Of a stretch of DNA of 64,000 bases, positions 18,591 through 28,580 are shown piece after piece. A program made the translations under genes and the position numbers. Source of the DNA: an uncultured Acidimicrobiaceae bacterium (GTDB lineage Bacteria; Actinomycetota; Acidimicrobiia; Acidimicrobiales; RAAP-2); NCBI GenBank assembly GCA_963839255.1, contig CAWIUH010000007.1, positions 86,280 to 150,279 on the forward strand, in the 5' to 3' direction. The notes beneath the pieces are model-generated. The model saw only the letters and a program-made list of their open reading frames with translations. It was not told where the DNA came from and did no database searches. Positions within the stretch are counted from its first letter, which is position 1. The number at the start of each line of letters is the position of its first letter.

Positions 18591-19562
18591 GTGAAGACCC
18601 GCCTCACCGAGCTCCTCGGCGTCAAACACCCGGTGATGCTCGCCGGGATGGGCGGGGTCTCCTACAGCGTCCTTACGGCCGCCGTGTCGAACGCGGGCGG
18701 ATATGGATGTCTCGGTGCCTCCACGATGACGAGTGATCAGCTCGCCGGCGAGATTGCGGCGACCCGCGCGCTCACCGACCGGCCCTTCGGCGTCGACCTC
18801 CTCACGGCGTTCCCCGACTCGTTACGAGCGAATGTCGAGTTGCTCATCGAAGGCGGCGCGAGCACGTTCGTCGCTGGACTCGGCGTTCCCTCGCACGTGA
18901 TCGAGCTCTGCCACGACCACGGAGTGCTCGTGATATCGATGTGCGGAAAAGTGGAGCACGCTCGCCGGGCTCTCGACGCCGGTTGTGACATCGTGGTCGC
19001 GCAAGGCACCGAAGCGGGCGGTCACACCGGGACCGTGGCTACCCTGCCTCTCGTGCCGATGATCGTCGACCTCGTGGACGGGGCCATTCCGGTGGTGGCG
19101 GCGGGTGGCATCTTTGATGGTCGCGGACTCGCCGCGGCGCTCGCGTTGGGTGCGGACGGCGTGTGGGTCGGCACTCGTTTCATCGCCACCCCCGAAGCTC
19201 GCGCGATTCCGGGATACCACCAACGCATGCTGGACGCGCACGAGGACGACACCGTCATCTCGCGGGCCTTTAGTGGCAAGACGATGCGTGTGATTCGCAA
19301 CGAAACGACCGATCGCTACGAGGCCGACCCGTCGCTGCTGGAACCATTTCCCGAGCAGTTGATGACGTCGCTGCGAGAAGGAACGTTTCATTTGGGCGGC
19401 GACGAGTCGACGATCGGCATCGACCCGCGACGAGAGGGCTATCCCGCCGGTCAGGTCGTGGGCGCGATCGATGAGGTCACTCCGGCCGGTGACATCGTGG
19501 CCCAGATGGTCCTTAACGCCGAGTCGATTTTGACTCGACTCGGTCTCGATAGATTTTCATAA
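18591..19562 (+). CDS. Nitronate monooxygenase / FabK-like flavoprotein
   Basis: AGMGG, QGTEAGGH, AAGGIFDGRG, GTRF. Confidence 0.88.
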   Translation: MKTRLTELLGVKHPVMLAGMGGVSYSVLTAAVSNAGGYGCLGASTMTSDQLAGEIAATRALTDRPFGVDLLTAFPDSLRANVELLIEGGASTFVAGLGVPSHVIELCHDHGVLVISMCGKVEHARRALDAGCDIVVAQGTEAGGHTGTVATLPLVPMIVDLVDGAIPVVAAGGIFDGRGLAAALALGADGVWVGTRFIATPEARAIPGYHQRMLDAHEDDTVISRAFSGKTMRVIRNETTDRYEADPSLLEPFPEQLMTSLREGTFHLGGDESTIGIDPRREGYPAGQVVGAIDEVTPAGDIVAQMVLNAESILTRLGLDRFS

Positions 19563-19567
19563 GTCCC

Positions 19568-20485
19568 ATGATCAAAGTCGAACACCTCACCAAGACCTAC
19601 GACGACACGGTCGCGGTGAACGATCTCGACTTCGAGGTTCACCCGGGAGTCGTCACCGGGTTCCTTGGACCCAACGGCTCGGGCAAGTCGACGACCATGC
19701 GCATCATTCTGGGACTCGACCACCCCACCAAGGGCCGAGCCACCATCAAGGGTCATCGCTACGCCGAACTGAAGGACCCTTTACATGAAGTAGGAGCCCT
19801 CCTCGACGCCAAGGCCGTTCACCCCGGACGCAGCGCCCGCAATCACCTTCGCGCCCTAGCCGTGTCCAACCGAATCCCCTACTCGCGTGTCGACGACGTC
19901 CTGGAGTTCTCCGGCATTGCGTCGGTTGCCCACAAGAAGGTCGGCGATTTCTCGCTGGGCATGAGCCAACGACTGGGTATCGCGGCTGCGCTCCTGGGCG
20001 ATCCGGAGGTCCTGCTGTTCGACGAACCGGTCAACGGACTCGACCCCGAAGGCATCCGATGGATTCGCGAGTTCTTTCGATCCCTCGCCAACGAGGGTCG
20101 AACGGTCTTCGTCTCGTCGCACCTCATGAGTGAGATGGCGCTCAGCGCGGACCAGATCATCGTGATCGGGCGGGGCAAATTCATCACCCAGGGTACGGTC
20201 GACTCACTGACGGCCACATCCAAGGGTTCCGTTCTGGTGCGGGCGTCCAACCACCAGCAGTTAGTGGCCGCCCTCAAGGCTCACGGCGCTGAGACGAGTG
20301 ACACCAACGACGAGGGACTCAACGTGGAGAACTTGAGCGCCGAGCAGATCGGCCAGATCGCGTTCGACGCCGGCGTGGCGCTCTTTGAGCTGACCCCCCA
20401 GCGGGCGTCGCTCGAAGACGTCTTCATGGACCTCACGTCCGACGCCGTCGAATACGGATCGGGAGGAGTACGCCATGAATCGTGA
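19568..20485 (+). CDS. ABC transporter ATP-binding protein
   Basis: GPNGSGKST, FSLGMSQR, DEPVNGLD, SSH. Confidence 0.93.
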   Translation: MIKVEHLTKTYDDTVAVNDLDFEVHPGVVTGFLGPNGSGKSTTMRIILGLDHPTKGRATIKGHRYAELKDPLHEVGALLDAKAVHPGRSARNHLRALAVSNRIPYSRVDDVLEFSGIASVAHKKVGDFSLGMSQRLGIAAALLGDPEVLLFDEPVNGLDPEGIRWIREFFRSLANEGRTVFVSSHLMSEMALSADQIIVIGRGKFITQGTVDSLTATSKGSVLVRASNHQQLVAALKAHGAETSDTNDEGLNVENLSAEQIGQIAFDAGVALFELTPQRASLEDVFMDLTSDAVEYGSGGVRHES

Positions 20486-21260
20486 CGTCACCTTTGGCTC
20501 CGTCGTCAAATCGGAGTGGCTGAAGTTCCGCAGCGTGCGCTCATCGATCACGGGGGTCGTGGTGACCTTTGTGCTCACCCTGGGCCTCGCCACACTGGTC
20601 ACCATTCTCGTACGAACCCACTGGAGTACGACGAGCTACCAAAACAAACTGACTTTCGACCCGGTCTCCACGAGCCTCGTCGGTGTTATCTTCGCTCAGT
20701 TCGCCGTCGGCGTCATCGGCGCGCTCTTCATCACCAGCGAGTACTCCTCGGGCTCGATGCGCACGACGCTCACCGCTGTGCCCAAGAGAATTGAACTCAC
20801 CCTCGGGAAGTTGGCGGTCTTGATGGCCTCCATCCTGGTCGTCGGTGAAGTGGCTAGCTTCGGATCCTTTCTCCTCGGCCAGGCGATCTACTCGGGGGTC
20901 GTCCCTACCGCCTCGCTCTCGAACGGCCCCACGTTGCGGGCCGTCATATTCGCCGGCATCTATCTGACCTTGCTCGCGACAATCGCCTTCGGGCTGGGAC
21001 TCATCATTCGCCATAGCGCCGCGTGCATCAGCGTCTTCGTCGGGATCTTGTTGGTGATTCCTTTGATCTTTGCGTTCCTGCCCCAGAGTTGGCGCAACGC
21101 GGGAATGAAGTTCCTACCCGGAGAGATGGGACACGCGATGGTCTCGCCCCAGCCGGTCACCAATGACTTTTCGCCCTGGACGGCTCTGATTCTCCTAATT
21201 GGGTACGGCATCGTGCTCGTCGCCGTCGGTACCACGCTCTTCAATCGACGCGACGCGTAA
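20475..21260 (+). CDS. ABC-2 type permease
   Basis: SEWLKFRSVRS, TSEYSSG, six TMs, ends RRDA. Confidence 0.9.
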   Translation: MNRDVTFGSVVKSEWLKFRSVRSSITGVVVTFVLTLGLATLVTILVRTHWSTTSYQNKLTFDPVSTSLVGVIFAQFAVGVIGALFITSEYSSGSMRTTLTAVPKRIELTLGKLAVLMASILVVGEVASFGSFLLGQAIYSGVVPTASLSNGPTLRAVIFAGIYLTLLATIAFGLGLIIRHSAACISVFVGILLVIPLIFAFLPQSWRNAGMKFLPGEMGHAMVSPQPVTNDFSPWTALILLIGYGIVLVAVGTTLFNRRDA

Positions 21261-21264
21261 AACG

Positions 21265-22812
21265 TCACGCGTCGATGAGCACCTCTTCGACGTGCTCGTG
21301 ACGAGCGGGTAAATAGGACAGCACCAAGGCGGCCGCGATGACGGCCGCCACGGCCGCCACGTAGCATCCGCGATGCAGACCGGACATGAAGGCGCTCGTC
21401 ACGCGATCATCGAGGCCCACGCGCAGAGCTGGCGGAAAGTGCGACACCGTCAGTTGGGCGGCGCGGGTCGAGCTCGCGGCCACGTTCAACTCTGACGTCG
21501 TGAGCCCGTGGCCGACAAAGCGACCAAGCGCGGAACGCACACCGGGGCCAAAGAGCGACGAGAAAACGGACCCCACGACGGCCACGCCCATCGTTCCGGC
21601 CAACTCGCGCGTCGTTTCATTCACCGCCGCGCCCGCGCCGACCTGGTCGGGTCGCAGCGTGCTCATGAGTGCTGCCGTCGACGGCGCGTTCACCAGCGAG
21701 AATCCCAAGGCGAGGATCATCATCATCGCGATCACCGGTCCCACGTATGCGGCGTGAGCCGCGATCGATCCACCCCATACCAGGGCGCCGCCCACAAGGA
21801 GCAGTCCGCCCGCGACGACGTTTCGAGTTCCCAGACGTAGGGCCGCCACCGCCCCCAGCGGCGTCGTCACCATCACGACGGCCGCAAAGGGCAGAGTGTG
21901 CACGCCGGCCGACAGTGCGGAGTAGCCCCGAATGAGCTGGAAGTACTGGGTAATGAGGAAGATGAAGCCAAAGAGAGCGAAGTAGTTCGTCGCGACCGCG
22001 CCCGCCGCCGCCGAGAACATGCGATTGGTAAAGATCCGCACGTCGAAGAGCGGACCGACGCGGCGCATCTCGTACAGCACGAAACCGACCAAAGTGACCA
22101 ACGCGGCTGCGAACATCACGAGCGTTATCACGCTGCGCCAACCCCACGACGGTCCTTCGATAATTGAGAGGGTAAGACACGTGATGCCGGCGGTGCCCAG
22201 GGCGAGCCCGACGAAGTCGAGGCGCCGTCGCGCCGGACTCTTCGACTCCGGAACAACAAAATTCGACGCAAGCACGGCGATGAAGACGAGTGGCGCGTTG
22301 ATCAAAAAGATGGAGCCAAACCAAAAGTGGACGAGCAAGAGTCCACCCACCACCGGACCGATCGCGATCGCTACACCGCTGGCGGCTCCCCAGATACCGA
22401 AAGCCTTCGCCCGCTCGTTGAGGTCGTCGAAGGCCACGGTGAGAGTCGAGAGCGTGGCGGGAAAGATGAACGCGGCCGACGCGCCCATGAGCGAACGGGC
22501 AACCAACAGGGTAGGCACGCTATTCGAAAAGGCGGCCAGTAGCGAGAACGCCCCGAAACCGGTGAGGGCAATCTGCATTACCCGCTTTCGACCGAGGCGA
22601 TCGGACATCCCACCTCCTGCGAGCAGCAGGCCTGCGAAGGGCAGTGAGTACGCGTCGACGATCCACTGAAGGGACGAGTTCGAAGCGTGAAGGTCGCGCG
22701 AGATCACCGGAAGTGCGACGTTCACGATTGTGTTATCAATGACCACGATCAGAACGACCAGGCAAAGCACCGACAGAACCCACCAGCGGCGATCATGCGT
22801 TGCGATAGGCAT
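21265..22812 (-). CDS. DHA2 family MFS efflux transporter
   Basis: DNTIVNVALP, SDRLGRK, about 14 TMs. Confidence 0.92.
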   Translation of the reverse strand: MPIATHDRRWWVLSVLCLVVLIVVIDNTIVNVALPVISRDLHASNSSLQWIVDAYSLPFAGLLLAGGGMSDRLGRKRVMQIALTGFGAFSLLAAFSNSVPTLLVARSLMGASAAFIFPATLSTLTVAFDDLNERAKAFGIWGAASGVAIAIGPVVGGLLLVHFWFGSIFLINAPLVFIAVLASNFVVPESKSPARRRLDFVGLALGTAGITCLTLSIIEGPSWGWRSVITLVMFAAALVTLVGFVLYEMRRVGPLFDVRIFTNRMFSAAAGAVATNYFALFGFIFLITQYFQLIRGYSALSAGVHTLPFAAVVMVTTPLGAVAALRLGTRNVVAGGLLLVGGALVWGGSIAAHAAYVGPVIAMMMILALGFSLVNAPSTAALMSTLRPDQVGAGAAVNETTRELAGTMGVAVVGSVFSSLFGPGVRSALGRFVGHGLTTSELNVAASSTRAAQLTVSHFPPALRVGLDDRVTSAFMSGLHRGCYVAAVAAVIAAALVLSYLPARHEHVEEVLIDA

Positions 22813-22823
22813 CTAGAACTCCT

Positions 22824-22861
22824 GTAGAACGATGTTCCACAACAGTAGTACAATGTTCTAT
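22824..22861. promoter_or_regulatory. Tandem palindromic TetR operators
   Basis: GTAGAACGATGTTCCAC (22824-22840) and GTAGTACAATGTTCTAT (22845-22861) between the divergent MFS and tetR genes. Confidence 0.7.
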
Positions 22862-22869
22862 ACTTGTCA

Positions 22870-23451
22870 ATGATGCCAAACAGCCGAACCCCTTCCCTGC
22901 TAATTGCGCCCGAGGTATTGAACGCGGCGGTGTCCATCCTCGATGACGAGGGACTCGATGGATTCACCGTGCGGGCAATCGCCAAGCGCGCCAACGTTGC
23001 GCCGATGGCGATCTACAACCACTTCGGTGGGGTAAACGGCGTCATCGAGGAACTCTGGAACCGTGGCTTTGAAATGCTGCGCGTCGCCATCACTCGCCAC
23101 AGTGGTGACGTCGAAGGTGACTTCCTCAGCGCGGGACTGGCGTACCGTCGCTTCGCCCTTGAGAATCGCGGCCTCTATCGCATCATGTTTCTCCAGACGT
23201 TTCGGAATTTTGAGCCCTCTCCCGCCAGCGCTCAGGTTGCAGCTCGAACCTTCCAAGCGCTGGTCGCAATCGTGGAGCGTTGTCAGGAGGCGGGACTATT
23301 CGTACATTCGCGCCCGAGTGACGCCGCCCAGGTCATCTGGGCGTCGTGTCACGGTTACGTCTCGCTCGACATGCACAGCGTCAACTTCGCGTCGGATGCG
23401 GAGGACGCCTACTTGATGCTGTTGGAGACGCTACGCCGAGGCCTGCGATAG
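22870..23451 (+). CDS. TetR/AcrR regulator (WHG-like C-terminus)
   Basis: TVRAIAKRANVAPMAIYNHF HTH; WASCHG. Confidence 0.92.
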   Translation: MMPNSRTPSLLIAPEVLNAAVSILDDEGLDGFTVRAIAKRANVAPMAIYNHFGGVNGVIEELWNRGFEMLRVAITRHSGDVEGDFLSAGLAYRRFALENRGLYRIMFLQTFRNFEPSPASAQVAARTFQALVAIVERCQEAGLFVHSRPSDAAQVIWASCHGYVSLDMHSVNFASDAEDAYLMLLETLRRGLR

Positions 23452-24888
23452 TTCGAGGCGAAGTTCGCTCGGCCATCGTCCCTTGCGATCGGGACTGAGC
23501 AACATATCGGTGAGATCGTGGCGAAGGTGTTCCTGGCGCCAGAGCAGTTGCTCGCGCGTGGCCTCTAGGACTCGCTCAAGGTCGTCGCTCTCCGTGCGCC
23601 ATGTTGGATCGACGGCAAGATCGAAACACTTCATCGAGCCGTCCCCGAACTGGACGAAGGCAATGTCGTCGCCGACTGACACCGCCAGGTTGCGCCGCGC
23701 CAAGGTGGCTCTTGCCGGGTTAGCTCCAGCGTTCAGCAGCATGTAGCGACTGTCCCACTCGTAGTGTGCGGCGCCTCGCCACGAAACGTCTTCACCTCGC
23801 ATCAGTGGGGCCAGGGACACGCCGTCGCTTTGCACTGGCTGTTCAACGCCGAGGGCGTCAGCGAGGGTCGCGAGCAGGTCGACGTTCTCAGTGAAGTTGG
23901 TGACCACCCGTCCTCCCTCTGTGCGCGGATCTCGCCAGATGCCTACGATGTGATAGCTCTGCGGAAAGAAACCCATCTTTTCAAGTAATCCGTGATCCCC
24001 CAGTTGCTCTCCGTGGTCCGAGGTGACGACGACCAGGGTGTCGTGCCACTCACCGCGCTCTTCAATGCCGGCCAGGACGCGTGCGAGTTGACTGTCCACT
24101 TCGCTGATCATGCCAAAGTACTGCGCTTTGAGGCGACGCATATCACCCTCGTCGCGTGGCGCTGCCACCTGCGGCCAACCCAGCGCCGCCTTGTGAAGTG
24201 GGTGGCGATGCGTCGGGTCAGTCGGTGCGATGGGCAACTCAACATCCGCCGGGTCGTACATCCGCGCGAACTCCCCCGCCGCCGCATAGGGCGGATGGGG
24301 ACGCAGGTAGCTGAGGTGCGCGAACCATCCGGACTCCTGATACTCGAGCCACTCCAAAAAGCGAGTCGTGAGAAAACCGCTCAATGAGTCCTCGGCCGGA
24401 CGATCCGGCTCGCCTTCGCATAGTCCGCGCCATCCGTTGGGCACGTCGTAGCCCTTCTCACGCAAATACTGAACCCAGCCCGCCTGGCTCTCGGGCAGGT
24501 AGAGACCGACCGAGAAGCCCGGAAGAATCCCGTCGTAGTAACTGAGGCGCGGATCGTCGGCGCCATTGGCGATGGCGGGATCAAGTCCTTGATCGGTGTA
24601 GCCAAAGAGCGTCGGATCGTAACCCGCGCGCCGGCCAACGTACGCGAGATTGTCGAATCCTCGCGCGAGCGGCGTGCCATTGGCCACCACACGATTGTTC
24701 ATCTGGTACATCCCCGTATAGAGGGCCGCGCGCCCTGGCGCGCAGGGCGCGGCTTGGGAGTAATGACGCGAGAGTCGCACCCCTTCCTCGACCAGACGGT
24801 CCAACGTTGGGGTGCGCACCAACGAGTGGCCCGCCGCGCCATAGGTATCGGCACGGAACTGGTCGAGTGTGATGAAGAGGACGTTCAT
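23431..24888 (-). CDS. Sulfatase family hydrolase, phosphonate monoester hydrolase-like
   Basis: ITLDQFR, CAPGRAALYTG (CxPxR), RPHPP, SDHGE. Confidence 0.88.
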   Translation of the reverse strand: MNVLFITLDQFRADTYGAAGHSLVRTPTLDRLVEEGVRLSRHYSQAAPCAPGRAALYTGMYQMNNRVVANGTPLARGFDNLAYVGRRAGYDPTLFGYTDQGLDPAIANGADDPRLSYYDGILPGFSVGLYLPESQAGWVQYLREKGYDVPNGWRGLCEGEPDRPAEDSLSGFLTTRFLEWLEYQESGWFAHLSYLRPHPPYAAAGEFARMYDPADVELPIAPTDPTHRHPLHKAALGWPQVAAPRDEGDMRRLKAQYFGMISEVDSQLARVLAGIEERGEWHDTLVVVTSDHGEQLGDHGLLEKMGFFPQSYHIVGIWRDPRTEGGRVVTNFTENVDLLATLADALGVEQPVQSDGVSLAPLMRGEDVSWRGAAHYEWDSRYMLLNAGANPARATLARRNLAVSVGDDIAFVQFGDGSMKCFDLAVDPTWRTESDDLERVLEATREQLLWRQEHLRHDLTDMLLSPDRKGRWPSELRLELSQASA

Positions 24889-25820
24889 GCAGATGCGCCA
24901 ACGACCCGCTTGAGGTGCGCGGCGATGTCGTCCACGATGGCGAGGGCTTCTGGAACGACGCCACCCATTTCCAGAAAGCCGTGCACCATTCCTTCGGCTT
25001 CGAGGAGCTCAACAGACACGTGAAAGTGCTCGAGGAGTCCGGCGTAGGCGACGCCTTCGTCGCGCAGTGGATCGCACTCAGCCACCACGATGATCGCCGG
25101 GGGGACGCCCGTCAGATCATTCGCGAGCAGCGGCGTGACGCGAGGATCGGTGTGGTCACCGAATTCTCCGAGGTACTGGCCGTAGTCGTAGCGCAACGAC
25201 TCGAGATCCAGGAGATAGCCCTTGCCGTACCGATGGGCCGAGTCCGTCACGAGCTCGGGTCCCAACGTGGGATAGATGAGGACCTGCACGGCGAGATCGA
25301 GTTCCTCGTCACGCACCAGCGTCGAGGCGACTGTCACGAGGTTGGCCCCGGCCGAATCCCCCATCCCGACGAGTCGCGCGTCGGAAGTGGCGAAGTCGCT
25401 GCGATGCGCGGCGACGTACCGCAGAGTCTCCACCACGTCATCGAGCCCGGCCGGAAAAGGATTCTCGGGGGCGAGGCGGTAGTCGATAGCGAGGAATCTC
25501 GTCTGAGTGTCGTGAGCGAGTCGACGGCACAGCCAGTCGTGGGTCTCAAGGTCCCCCATCACAAAGTCGCCGCCGTGAAAGTACACGACCAAAGCCCGTT
25601 GATCGTCGATCTCGGGAACGTACAACCGAGCGCGGAGTGTGCGACCCTCGAGTGGAAGGGTCGTGTCGAGCGCCTCAACGTCAAGCGGAATGTCGCCCCG
25701 GAACCGAAGTGCCTCCTCTCGGAAGTTCTGACGACGCTGGTCAGGCGAGATGTCGAGCGGTGAGGGTTCGGGATTCTCGCGCGCGGCACGCAGATACGGT
25801 TCGAACTCAGAGTGGATCAC
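24885..25820 (-). CDS. Alpha/beta hydrolase (HSL-family esterase/lipase)
   Basis: HGG, DYRLAPE, GDSAG, DPLRDEG, HGF; GTG 25820 with GGAGG RBS. Confidence 0.92.
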   Translation of the reverse strand: MIHSEFEPYLRAARENPEPSPLDISPDQRRQNFREEALRFRGDIPLDVEALDTTLPLEGRTLRARLYVPEIDDQRALVVYFHGGDFVMGDLETHDWLCRRLAHDTQTRFLAIDYRLAPENPFPAGLDDVVETLRYVAAHRSDFATSDARLVGMGDSAGANLVTVASTLVRDEELDLAVQVLIYPTLGPELVTDSAHRYGKGYLLDLESLRYDYGQYLGEFGDHTDPRVTPLLANDLTGVPPAIIVVAECDPLRDEGVAYAGLLEHFHVSVELLEAEGMVHGFLEMGGVVPEALAIVDDIAAHLKRVVGASA

Positions 25821-25972
25821 GACGCCTCCCGTCCACACATTAGGCATCGTGACGCGCACATCGGGGTCTGGAACTCACCTTCACAGTGACACTCTCGTGA
25901 CCGCGACTCGCTCAGATAGTGCCGCGATTTCCCTTGACCGCGATTATGTTCGTGGCCGGGAGTTCGATATTC

Positions 25973-26488
25973 ATGGGTGAGACCGAGACGCCTCACGAGC
26001 AGTTGATCGCCAGGGTATTAAGCGGCGGCCAAACCGGGGCTGATCGCGCGGCCGTGGACTTCGCCATCGAGCACGGCGTGCCGTACGGGGGCTGGGTGCC
26101 GCGCAACGGATGGGCCGAGGATCTGCGCGAACCGCCGGGGCTCTTGGCGCGGTACCCCAATTTCGTGCCCACTCAATCTGTCGATGTGGCGATGCGAACG
26201 TCACTCAACGTGCGAGACGCGAGTGCGACCGTAGTGTTTGCGCCGACGTCGGTGTTTTCGAAAGGCGTGGCTCGGACCCTGGACATCGCCAACGTGCTCA
26301 AGCGACCGCTTCTCGTTCTTGATCCGAGCTCCCCCGAGGCCCGCGAGACCTTGGCCGAGTTCTTTTCGGGTCTTAAGTCCGGGACCGTCCTCAACGTGGC
26401 GGGCTCGCGCGAGAGCGAAGCGCCCGGCCTTTACCGAGCCGTCAGATCTTTGCTGGACGCAACTCTCGGATACTTCGTCAGATCGTGA
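25973..26488 (+). CDS. cpYpsA/SLOG family protein (putative molybdenum carrier annotation)
   Basis: SGGQTGADRAA, GGWVP, RT..NV.D, LNVAGSRES. Confidence 0.82.
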   Translation: MGETETPHEQLIARVLSGGQTGADRAAVDFAIEHGVPYGGWVPRNGWAEDLREPPGLLARYPNFVPTQSVDVAMRTSLNVRDASATVVFAPTSVFSKGVARTLDIANVLKRPLLVLDPSSPEARETLAEFFSGLKSGTVLNVAGSRESEAPGLYRAVRSLLDATLGYFVRS

Positions 26489-26553
26489 CGTCCACCTGCA
26501 CGTGAGTATCGACTGGAGGAGCGGCGAATGTGCGAGTGGCCCAAGTGAGCCTT

Positions 26554-26629
26554 TGGAGCGGACGACCGGGCTCGAACCGGCGACCTCGACCTTGGCAAGG
26601 TCGCGCTCTACCAACTGAGCTACGTCCGC
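26554..26629 (-). tRNA. tRNA-Gly (GCC)
   Basis: GCGGACGTAGCTCAGTTGGTAGAGCGCGACCTTGCCAAGGTCGAGGTCGCCGGTTCGAGCCCGGTCGTCCGCTCCA; cloverleaf, encoded CCA. Confidence 0.98.
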
Positions 26630-26674
26630 GAGGTATATCGAGTGTAGCCGACGACTCGTCGAGGTCCAAGCGAG

Positions 26675-28099
26675 CTACGCCGGAGTCGACGCGATCAGGG
26701 CGGCGGATTCTTCACTGATCAAGGCACTCAATCGCTCCATATCCGCGATTCGCTCCGCGCACCCGAGCAAGCCAAACTCCAAATTCTCCTCAAATCCCAA
26801 TACCGTGATGTTGAGCGAGATCGGACCAAGCAGAGGTCCATAGGGCGCAGCCGACAAAACGCGCCGGCCACTCAACCACAGAGCCACGGGTGGACCGGGA
26901 ACAGAGGAGATCATCACGTTGGCCATCGGGAGACGATCGAAGAGACCGAACGTAGTGAGGAGTTTGCCGCCTAGGGACAACAGGGTCGGACCAAGCACTC
27001 GAGGGACGTCTTGGAATATTCGAGCTCGGCGAAGGCGCTGTTCGGCGACCGTCTGGGACGAATCGCCAGAGATCGCACGTAGTCGCTCCTCTCGGTCCTC
27101 GAGATCGACGTGAAGAGTCACGAGCATGCCCGAGATTTGATTCCCAAGATCCGCCGTATCACCGGATCGCACGTTGATGGGTACAAAGGCAATGAGGTCG
27201 TTCGTTAGGGTCTCGCCTCGCTCGTCGAGGAGTCTCTTCAGGGCTCCCCCGACGCTCGTCAGCACGAAGTCGGTCACGCTCGCCCCACGAGCCTTTGCCG
27301 CGCGCTTGACGTCAGCCAAGGGGACTCGGGTACGCAGGAACGTCTTTTCGATCCCCGCCGTACCGTTGAACGACGTGCGCTCGGCTTCGAAGATCGATGG
27401 CTGGTCGGGCGTCGCGTGTCGTCGCCCATGCACCGCCACCACGCTCGCCAGGGCACGCACAATCTCATAGAATCGGCCGCCCCACGACGCGAGGCTCTCG
27501 AGCAGCAGCGAGGGCTGCTCACGCAGGCGAGCCAGCCCTTGGCGGAGCAGACCGAGCGACGTCGTCACGGTGAGCTCCTCCTCGTCGATCTCCACTCTCT
27601 GCTGAGGCGCGCGAATCCCAGGAGAGATATCGAAGAAGTTGGCAATCGTTTCGGCGAATGACACTCCGTCCGCCAGGGCGTGGTGCATCTTGACGACGAG
27701 GACCGCGCGACTGTCGTCGGTGCCCTCGATGACCAGTAGCTGCCACGCGGGGCGTTGAGGTGAGAGGCTTCGCGAGAGAAAGTCCGACACGAGCTCGTCG
27801 AGTTGCTGGGCGCTGCCGGGTTCGGGGAGGGCCACGCGCAGGACGTGGCGATCGAGATCGAATCGATCGTCCTCGACGAGGATCGGCCAGGTCATGTCGA
27901 AGGGGGCTCGGACCACTCGCTGGGTCAGAACCGGAATTTCATGAACGCGATCGGCGATCACCGACTTGATCTCTTCGAAGCGGGTGGCCGGGTCCTCCTC
28001 GCGAGGTTCGAGTTCGATCACCGCGCCGATGTTCATCGAGGTGCCCGGATTCTCCAGCAGGATGAAGGCGCTATCGAGAGGGTCGAGGAATTTGGTCAT
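26675..28099 (-). CDS. Wax ester synthase/diacylglycerol acyltransferase
   Basis: LDSAFILLE, HHALADG catalytic motif, PIN.R...GN, S.VPGP. Confidence 0.92.
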   Translation of the reverse strand: MTKFLDPLDSAFILLENPGTSMNIGAVIELEPREEDPATRFEEIKSVIADRVHEIPVLTQRVVRAPFDMTWPILVEDDRFDLDRHVLRVALPEPGSAQQLDELVSDFLSRSLSPQRPAWQLLVIEGTDDSRAVLVVKMHHALADGVSFAETIANFFDISPGIRAPQQRVEIDEEELTVTTSLGLLRQGLARLREQPSLLLESLASWGGRFYEIVRALASVVAVHGRRHATPDQPSIFEAERTSFNGTAGIEKTFLRTRVPLADVKRAAKARGASVTDFVLTSVGGALKRLLDERGETLTNDLIAFVPINVRSGDTADLGNQISGMLVTLHVDLEDREERLRAISGDSSQTVAEQRLRRARIFQDVPRVLGPTLLSLGGKLLTTFGLFDRLPMANVMISSVPGPPVALWLSGRRVLSAAPYGPLLGPISLNITVLGFEENLEFGLLGCAERIADMERLSALISEESAALIASTPA

Positions 28100-28530
28100 C
28101 GACCAGAGCTACCGAATCCGCCCTCACCGCGCGTGGCCTCCGGCAGCTCGTCGACCACCGTAAAGTCGCTGCGGCCCACCGCCATCACGACCAGTTGGGC
28201 GATGCGATCGCCCTTGGCGACCTCATAATCGTGTTCGGGATCGAGGTTCACGAGGGCGACCTTCACCTCGCCGCGGTAGCCGGGATCGATGAGGCCCGGC
28301 GCGTTCGCGCACGTCACGCCGTGGCGTGAGGCGAGTCCGCTGCGAGGCAACACAAACCCGCCGTGACCCTCGGGGATCGCTACCGCCAGACCAGTCGGCA
28401 CCATCGCACGCCCGCCGCCGGCGCGAAGTACGCATGACTCCACCGCCACCAAATCGCACCCCGCGTCGCCTTCGTTGGCGAAGAACGGGATGACTGCGTC
28501 GGGGTGCAGTCGCTTCGTGAGAATTTCCAT
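28096..28530 (-). CDS. dut: dUTP diphosphatase
   Basis: AGCDL, PRSGLA, GLIDPGYRGE, RIAQL, RGEGGFGSSG. Confidence 0.96.
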   Translation of the reverse strand: MEILTKRLHPDAVIPFFANEGDAGCDLVAVESCVLRAGGGRAMVPTGLAVAIPEGHGGFVLPRSGLASRHGVTCANAPGLIDPGYRGEVKVALVNLDPEHDYEVAKGDRIAQLVVMAVGRSDFTVVDELPEATRGEGGFGSSGR

Positions 28531-28580
28531 AGCGGGAAGGCTACACAGACTCACTTTCACCGATTAAGTAGTGTCGTCTC

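Noticed and set aside
26488-26629. Integrative element at tRNA-Gly
   Set aside because: No integrase and no duplicated tRNA 3' end (att) seen in the window
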